Shown: in pieces, positions 59,004-64,000 of the stretch
Numbering within the stretch: position 1 is the first letter of the stretch
How the letters are laid out: each line of letters starts with the position of its first letter
Origin: an uncultured Gammaproteobacteria bacterium
GTDB taxonomy: Bacteria > Patescibacteriota > Microgenomatia > Levybacterales > UBA12049
DNA length: 64,000 bases
Assembly (NCBI GenBank): GCA_964474445.1
Contig: CAYYSJ010000001.1
Span: 270,530 to 334,529 of the forward strand
Direction: 5' to 3'
The notes under the pieces: generated by a model
What the model saw: the letters and a program-made list of their open reading frames with translations, nothing else
Databases searched by the model: none
What the model was told of the DNA's origin: nothing
Translations under genes and position numbers: made by a program

Positions 59004-60464
59004 TTACCGGAGTTTTTGCTGAAGATATGCTATAACATCTTCGATTTTTACTCGTTCTTGCTTGGCAGTGTCACGATCTCTAATAGTCACAGCGTTATCA
59101 TTGAGCGTTTCAAAATCAATCGTCACACAAAATGGTGTGCCAATTTCATCTTGTGCTAAGTATCTCTTCCCAATATTGCCCCTGTCATCCCATTGCACTT
59201 TGCCATCAATATTGTCTTGTACTAGCTCTAACACTTCACGAGCCTTTGCAACAAGCTCAGGCTTATTCGACAGGAGTGGGAAAACTGCAGCCTTTATCGG
59301 TGCCAAATGAGCAGGAAGTTTGAGCACTATCCTGTTCTCCTCCTCAGTGTATGCATCAGCAAGCACTGCAAGCATAAGCCTATTGATACCAACTGCGGGT
59401 TCAATAACATGAGGCAATATTTTTTCACCAGTTTGCGGATCGGTTACTTGCAAATCTTTTCTTGAATACTCCTGATGTTGCATCAGGTCATAATTTGTCC
59501 GGTAGGCAAGCCCCCACAATTCTTTGGTACCAAATGGAAATGCATACTCCAAATCCTCAGTTCGTTTACTGTAGAATGACCTTTCTTCATCAGTATGTGG
59601 TCTCCAGCGAAGTTTTTCTTCACGTATTCCTAATTTCTTTGTTGCAAAATCCCACATGTCTTTTTTCCACTCCTCAAAAAGACTCTCCCAATTCGTCTTT
59701 TCCGGATCAAAGAAATACTCTATCTCACCTTGCTCAAATTCAATTGTCCGAAAAATGGAATTTCCTGGAGTAATCTCATTTCTGAATGACTTACCAATTT
59801 GTGCAATACCAAATGGAAGTTTTACTCGTGTTGAGTTCATCACATTCTGAAAATTAATAAACATCCCTTGTGCTGTCTCACCTCGAAGATATCCTGATCC
59901 GCCTTCACCTTCGACAAGGCCTAACTGGACCGGAAAAAGCTGATTAAATTTTCTCACAGAAGTCCATTCATGCTTTTTACAATTTGGACATTCCACTCCA
60001 AAAAGCTTAATGAATTCATCGTATTGTTCAACAGTCCATCCTTCAACCTTTCCTGTTCCAAATGCTTTATCTAAATCTTCACGTGTTATTGTTTTCCCAT
60101 GATCAACAGTATTTCTTGCATCTTTATGCTGTTCAATCCAATCTTCTATCAAGTGATCGGCCCTGATACGAAGTTTGCAGTTTTTACAGTCAACCATTGC
60201 ATCAGCAAATGATGCGACATGACCTGAAGCTTCCCAAATTCTGTGATGAGAAATAATACTGGCATCAAGGCCAACCATGTCTGCTCGTTTAGTAACAAAT
60301 GTTTGCCACCACAAATTTTTTATGTTACGAAGTAAATCTGCACCCATTGGCCCATAATCATAGGTATTTGCTAACCCACCGTACAGATCTGAACCAGGAT
60401 AGAAAAACCCTCGCCGTTTTGCTAGCGCTACTAACTTATCCATTAAATTCTCTGTTTGTTGCAT
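59004..60464 (-). CDS. glyS: glycine--tRNA ligase (homodimeric alpha2 / eukaryote-archaeal type)
   Basis: FYPGSDLYGGLANTYDYGPMG N-terminal block, class II motifs 2 and 3, C-terminal anticodon-binding domain. Confidence 0.95.
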   Translation of the reverse strand: MQQTENLMDKLVALAKRRGFFYPGSDLYGGLANTYDYGPMGADLLRNIKNLWWQTFVTKRADMVGLDASIISHHRIWEASGHVASFADAMVDCKNCKLRIRADHLIEDWIEQHKDARNTVDHGKTITREDLDKAFGTGKVEGWTVEQYDEFIKLFGVECPNCKKHEWTSVRKFNQLFPVQLGLVEGEGGSGYLRGETAQGMFINFQNVMNSTRVKLPFGIAQIGKSFRNEITPGNSIFRTIEFEQGEIEYFFDPEKTNWESLFEEWKKDMWDFATKKLGIREEKLRWRPHTDEERSFYSKRTEDLEYAFPFGTKELWGLAYRTNYDLMQHQEYSRKDLQVTDPQTGEKILPHVIEPAVGINRLMLAVLADAYTEEENRIVLKLPAHLAPIKAAVFPLLSNKPELVAKAREVLELVQDNIDGKVQWDDRGNIGKRYLAQDEIGTPFCVTIDFETLNDNAVTIRDRDTAKQERVKIEDVIAYLQQKLR

Positions 60465-60612
60465 ATTATTATCCTATCAGAACTCAAACAGGTTTTCCAC
60501 AAAAAAACCCGTCCTTTTCAAGGGACGAGCTGCGTCGTGGTTCCACCCTTTTTACTTCTCTTTGCTGTAGCTCTAGGTTGCCAAGCCTTTCATCGCTACA
60601 AAATAACTATAT
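60465..60612 (-). promoter_or_regulatory. glycine T-box riboswitch leader (GGC specifier) with promoter
   Basis: Minus-strand RNA reads: stem I tgtagc...cttGGCaac...gctaca (GGC in the loop), the T-box sequence AGGGTGGAACCACG (consensus AGGGUGGNACCGCG), then terminator cgtccc-ttgaaaa-gggacg plus U7, then 45 nt to the glyS ATG. Promoter-like TTGACA-N18-TATAGT at about 60606-60635. Confidence 0.55.
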
Positions 60613-60675
60613 CATACCGAATAAACCTGTGTCAATTTTCTTGACAATCACCATGATTTTGTATATTAACAAGAT

Positions 60676-61401
60676 ATGTCCTCCTACGGTAAGGTATTAC
60701 CAACTTTTTACGATGCATTCATGGGGGATGAGAGTCGGATCATTCTCCCTTTAAAACAACTTCTTAAAAAGCACAATGTTAAACCAAAAAAAGTACTGGA
60801 AATAGGCTGCGGAACAGGCACTATTCTCGCATCTTTCCCTAAAACCACACGACTTTTCGGGCTGGACCTTTCCCAAGAAATGCTGAAAAGGGCAAAGAAA
60901 AAGCTTCCTCAGGCAACATTTTATCATGCAAACATGGCTGATTTTCACCTCTCGGTATCATGTGATCTGATTCTTTGCATGTTTGATGCAATCAATCACC
61001 TTAATTCCTGGAAAGAGTGGAAAAAAACATTTCAACATGTATCAGAGCATCTGACTCCAAAGGGGTACTTCATATTTGATATCAATTCTTTAGAAAGAAT
61101 GAAATATTTAACAAAATTAGGAGTGTATTTTGGTTACCCTATGGGAAACAATATTATGCTTACCCATAATACCTATACAAAGAAAAAAAATACTTTTGCT
61201 ATTTCTTTCAAAATGTTTCTCAAAGGAAAGGGAAATACTTACAACATAATTGATGAAGATGTTCTGGAAACAGGATTCCCCGTGGAAAAAATTAAAAAAG
61301 GGCTTCAAAAATATTTTGCCATTGAAGAACAATTTGATGTCGTTATGGAAAAATCTAATCTTAACTCAAAAAGAATCTTCTTTGTCTGTCGTAAGAAATA
61401 A
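60676..61401 (+). CDS. class I SAM-dependent methyltransferase
   Basis: Motif I VLEIGCGTGT, motif II/post-I LILCMFDAINHL. Confidence 0.75.
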   Translation: MSSYGKVLPTFYDAFMGDESRIILPLKQLLKKHNVKPKKVLEIGCGTGTILASFPKTTRLFGLDLSQEMLKRAKKKLPQATFYHANMADFHLSVSCDLILCMFDAINHLNSWKEWKKTFQHVSEHLTPKGYFIFDINSLERMKYLTKLGVYFGYPMGNNIMLTHNTYTKKKNTFAISFKMFLKGKGNTYNIIDEDVLETGFPVEKIKKGLQKYFAIEEQFDVVMEKSNLNSKRIFFVCRKK

Positions 61402-61415
61402 GCCAATCTCCTGAA

Positions 61416-61455
61416 AAAAAAGATACCGTAAAAACGGTATCTTTTCGTTTTCTTT
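61416..61455. terminator. bidirectional Rho-independent terminator
   Basis: agataccgt-aaaaa-cggtatct hairpin flanked by an A8 run upstream and a T-rich run downstream. Sits between the convergent methyltransferase and recO genes. Confidence 0.5.
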
Positions 61456-61661
61456 ATTAAGAAAACTTATGGTAATACAGATTGACTCATACCATTATGC
61501 TCTGATAAGTCAAGTAATTTGTCAATAAACCGAAAAAATAAACTTATAGACAAAATCACACCAGATATGACTAAATTTAATATATAACCTATAAATATTT
61601 AACAGGAGGACACATTCTTCCCCACGATAAGAACATTCTTTTCAGATAGAGTTGCCGTAGA

Positions 61662-62204
61662 TTACAGTAGTCTTGGAATAAGAGTACGAGTCTTGAGCTT
61701 TCGCTCTAAGATACCTTCTATAAGATAGGAGAGATTGGCATTCTGTAATTGTTGTCCTGGCGACCAATATCCAAGTGTTGTCAAAAGAGCCACTTCGAAC
61801 TCATGGATAAGAGGAGCTAGCTCTTCCTCATACTCCATTTTCTTCAACACATCATACAAAAGAGAAAATACGCGCGCATTTTCCTCATGAGGAGGACATA
61901 ATCCATCAACGAGCTCACATAAATGATATGCAAACCCTATTTTCCCCAAGTCCTCTTTCAGCAAGGAAAAACTTTCAAGAGCAACAACCTCAGTGAGTAC
62001 GGGCAATGCATGTCCTTTATACAGCGATAATGTGCACACATTTAAGGGTTCTATGTGCGAAGCGCGCTTACTCACAATTTTTCTCACACCTTTTGCTTTT
62101 ACTTGGATTTTCCCTAAGTCTTTTGTCAGGACGGTAATAATTCGATCTGCTTCACCAATATTCTGGCGCTTGAGGATAATACCATCAACACGAAAAGTTC
62201 TCAT
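61662..62204 (-). CDS. recO: DNA repair protein RecO (short form)
   Basis: N-terminal OB-fold pattern VDGIILKRQNIGEADRIITVLTKDLGKIQVKAKGVRK typical of RecO. Only 180 aa. Confidence 0.6.
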   Translation of the reverse strand: MRTFRVDGIILKRQNIGEADRIITVLTKDLGKIQVKAKGVRKIVSKRASHIEPLNVCTLSLYKGHALPVLTEVVALESFSLLKEDLGKIGFAYHLCELVDGLCPPHEENARVFSLLYDVLKKMEYEEELAPLIHEFEVALLTTLGYWSPGQQLQNANLSYLIEGILERKLKTRTLIPRLL

Positions 62205-62216
62205 AGCGGGTCTATT

Positions 62217-64000
62217 TTAGCGCAATTTCAAATTGAGTGTTTTATCAGTTTGCAGGATAAATTCGTTCATCTGATGACCTCCAACTTGCACAACATAATC
62301 CTGGCTATCTGTACCACCCTGCTTTTGAACCATCAGAGGAAGCACGGAGTTATTCGCAAGCTTAAATGGTAATTCGTAGGTAAGTGTATATGTTGCTGCT
62401 CCAAGAGGTCGTACAGTAAGGAACCCTTCAAAGACTGTCTTCCCCAAATCATCAGATGTCTTTACGCTTACTTCAGATCCTTGGGAACTCAAGAGTCTAC
62501 TTCCTTTTGGAACATATACTCGAAGCCAATCTCGCTGGATTGCATTCAAGCACAACCCACCACGCTCTAAGTTACAATCTGATGGAGGGAACGGATTCTT
62601 GTATGAAATCGTTACTGTCTTTGTGAGTGTTCCATCAGACTTGATGTCATAATTTTGTGTTACTGATTCTTTCAGGAAAAGATTCGATTTTGCACCACCA
62701 AAGTTTGTATCATTCACATGTAGATAATCACCATCAAAGGCCATAATTCTGCCGCTTGCATTCAGAGATTCAAGCCCACTTTGTGCGTCTGCATTATTCA
62801 TATCAAACAACACATGCTTTTGAGATACTTCTGTTATCATTGTCTGGAAAAGTGGACCCCAGTATTTCTTTGGAGAAGATTGGAATGCTTTTTGCATAAT
62901 TGCATACAAAAGGTCTCCCACAATACCTTTTCTATTTTGTTTAATGTAATTAACAGGAGTATCTGAATATTCCTCAAGAGCATAGATAACTTGTGCACAT
63001 TTACATCGTGGATCCGTCTGGGTAGTAAAGGTTGATCCATCAACTTCTACATCTCCCAACACACTCATTGCACTCACCAAGGCATGGGTATCAACAGCGA
63101 TAATTCCTTCAACTGGCACATATCCACCTGCTTGTTTATACATCGTATTGAAATTATTCATTGATTGAACGAAGTCAGGTGACAGATTGGTGTCTCGCAA
63201 GTTCCATTGTGGCACTTTTGGCAAATAAGTCAGAATGGGAGCTGGAGCAACCGGCTTATTTGCAATGGTTGCATCTAAGTTATAGATATCGTTTGAACTA
63301 TCAACATGAATAACACCATGCTCAAGTCTAAAAACTGCATAGGCAGTAATAAAGCCACCTGTTGGACGAAGTTCTTTATCATTTTGGAAGATCACTAAAT
63401 ACTTTTTTTCAGTTGGTTCTCCAAGCATTGAAGGCAGGACTTTAATAAGAGGCTTTGCTTGAGTAACAAATGTGGATGCTTCATCAACCCCAAGCTTAAG
63501 AGCTTTGAGATTATCTTGAATTTTCTGTCCACCAAACAGTGCAGGATAATGGTTTGGATCTACCGCATCAACTTCTTTTTGTACTAATACCAATTGGCTT
63601 CCTATTTCATCAATTTTGGGAGTCACCTTACTCATGGTCGTGACTGCTTTTTGAATTCTATCTTGGGCAGATCCACCGACAAAACTTCCCTGACCTTTTA
63701 GCCCCAAGACATCAGCATATGGTTTAATCGCATCAACTAAGATTTGTCCAGCATTTCGTCCATACACAGCAGCATTGACTAAATGTACTGCATCACTGTA
63801 ATAAAAGTTTGCAACAGGAACAAATGCTAGATACCCCATCCCTGCGAGTGCTTTTTGTGTTTTTTCAATTTCTGGCTTTGTCGCAGCAAGTTGTACAGAA
63901 GCATCTTCAACATTTTGTGTTTTTAATGCATTCAGAGCAAGCTTTGCCTGTACATATGTTTTTCTTGCCTGTGCAAATACTTGTATCCCCGGCAGCAGGA
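62217..64000 (-). CDS. large hypothetical protein, 5' end beyond window (partial)
   Basis: The 540-aa ORF from Met 63839 continues in frame without stop to the window edge (manual translation of 63840-64000 gives ...KALAGMGYLAF). Possibly DUF4012-like extracytoplasmic protein; not verifiable here. Confidence 0.5.
   Translation of the reverse strand, partial: LLPGIQVFAQARKTYVQAKLALNALKTQNVEDASVQLAATKPEIEKTQKALAGMGYLAFVPVANFYYSDAVHLVNAAVYGRNAGQILVDAIKPYADVLGLKGQGSFVGGSAQDRIQKAVTTMSKVTPKIDEIGSQLVLVQKEVDAVDPNHYPALFGGQKIQDNLKALKLGVDEASTFVTQAKPLIKVLPSMLGEPTEKKYLVIFQNDKELRPTGGFITAYAVFRLEHGVIHVDSSNDIYNLDATIANKPVAPAPILTYLPKVPQWNLRDTNLSPDFVQSMNNFNTMYKQAGGYVPVEGIIAVDTHALVSAMSVLGDVEVDGSTFTTQTDPRCKCAQVIYALEEYSDTPVNYIKQNRKGIVGDLLYAIMQKAFQSSPKKYWGPLFQTMITEVSQKHVLFDMNNADAQSGLESLNASGRIMAFDGDYLHVNDTNFGGAKSNLFLKESVTQNYDIKSDGTLTKTVTISYKNPFPPSDCNLERGGLCLNAIQRDWLRVYVPKGSRLLSSQGSEVSVKTSDDLGKTVFEGFLTVRPLGAATYTLTYELPFKLANNSVLPLMVQKQGGTDSQDYVVQVGGHQMNEFILQTDKTLNLKLR

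Noticed and set aside
1-64000. tRNA, rRNA, CRISPR, integrase/transposase scan
   Set aside because: No cloverleaf-compatible GTTCGAATCC-type T-arm, no rRNA-like conserved blocks, no spaced short repeats, and no recombinase motifs were seen. Absence is by eye only.

Overview
This is a low-GC window from a small-genome bacterium, probably Patescibacteria/CPR-like or a related reduced Gram-positive-type lineage. Non-ATG starts are frequent, Shine-Dalgarno sites are weak, and many proteins are Thr/Pro-rich and membrane-anchored. The centre of the window (19.5-43.9 kb, minus strand) is a division/cell-wall (dcw) cluster: mraZ-rsmH-ftsL-ftsI-murF-murE-murC-murA-(split glmU)-HAD-glmS-hydrolase-[TM-anchored MurF paralog-DegT aminotransferase-FemAB]-mraY-ftsW-murG-ftsQ-ftsA-ftsZ. 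The order is atypical (murF before murE), and murD, murB and ddl are absent from the cluster. An inserted three-gene module (Mur ligase with a 4-TM anchor, PLP aminotransferase, FemAB) looks like an undescribed peptidoglycan-precursor modification system. Upstream (45-57 kb, minus strand) lies a glycan-assembly operon. Its largest gene encodes a 1565-aa fusion of four modules: a Dpm1/ArnC-like GT2, a processive QxxRW/TED GT2 synthase, a polytopic flippase-like membrane domain and a GT4. Also in the operon are a GT4, a PIG-L/LmbE deacetylase, a GrpB-nucleotidyltransferase::GT-C fusion, an ArnT/PMT-like GT-C and a membrane-anchored glycoside-hydrolase-like protein. Together with several Thr/Pro-rich exported proteins this suggests a lipid-linked protein or cell-envelope O-glycosylation system. 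Other features include a brnT(frameshifted)/brnA toxin-antitoxin remnant at the mraZ promoter, and a two-gene hypothetical cassette flanked by diverged ~150-nt direct repeats that each carry a conserved MSTRG mini-ORF. There is a glycine (GGC) T-box leader upstream of glyS, a peptidase-G1 (eqolisin)-like secreted protein, a type-1-copper cupredoxin, a baeRF/Host_attach-like protein and a cluster of unknowns next to a YgjP-like metallohydrolase. No tRNA, rRNA, CRISPR array, transposase or integrase was recognised.
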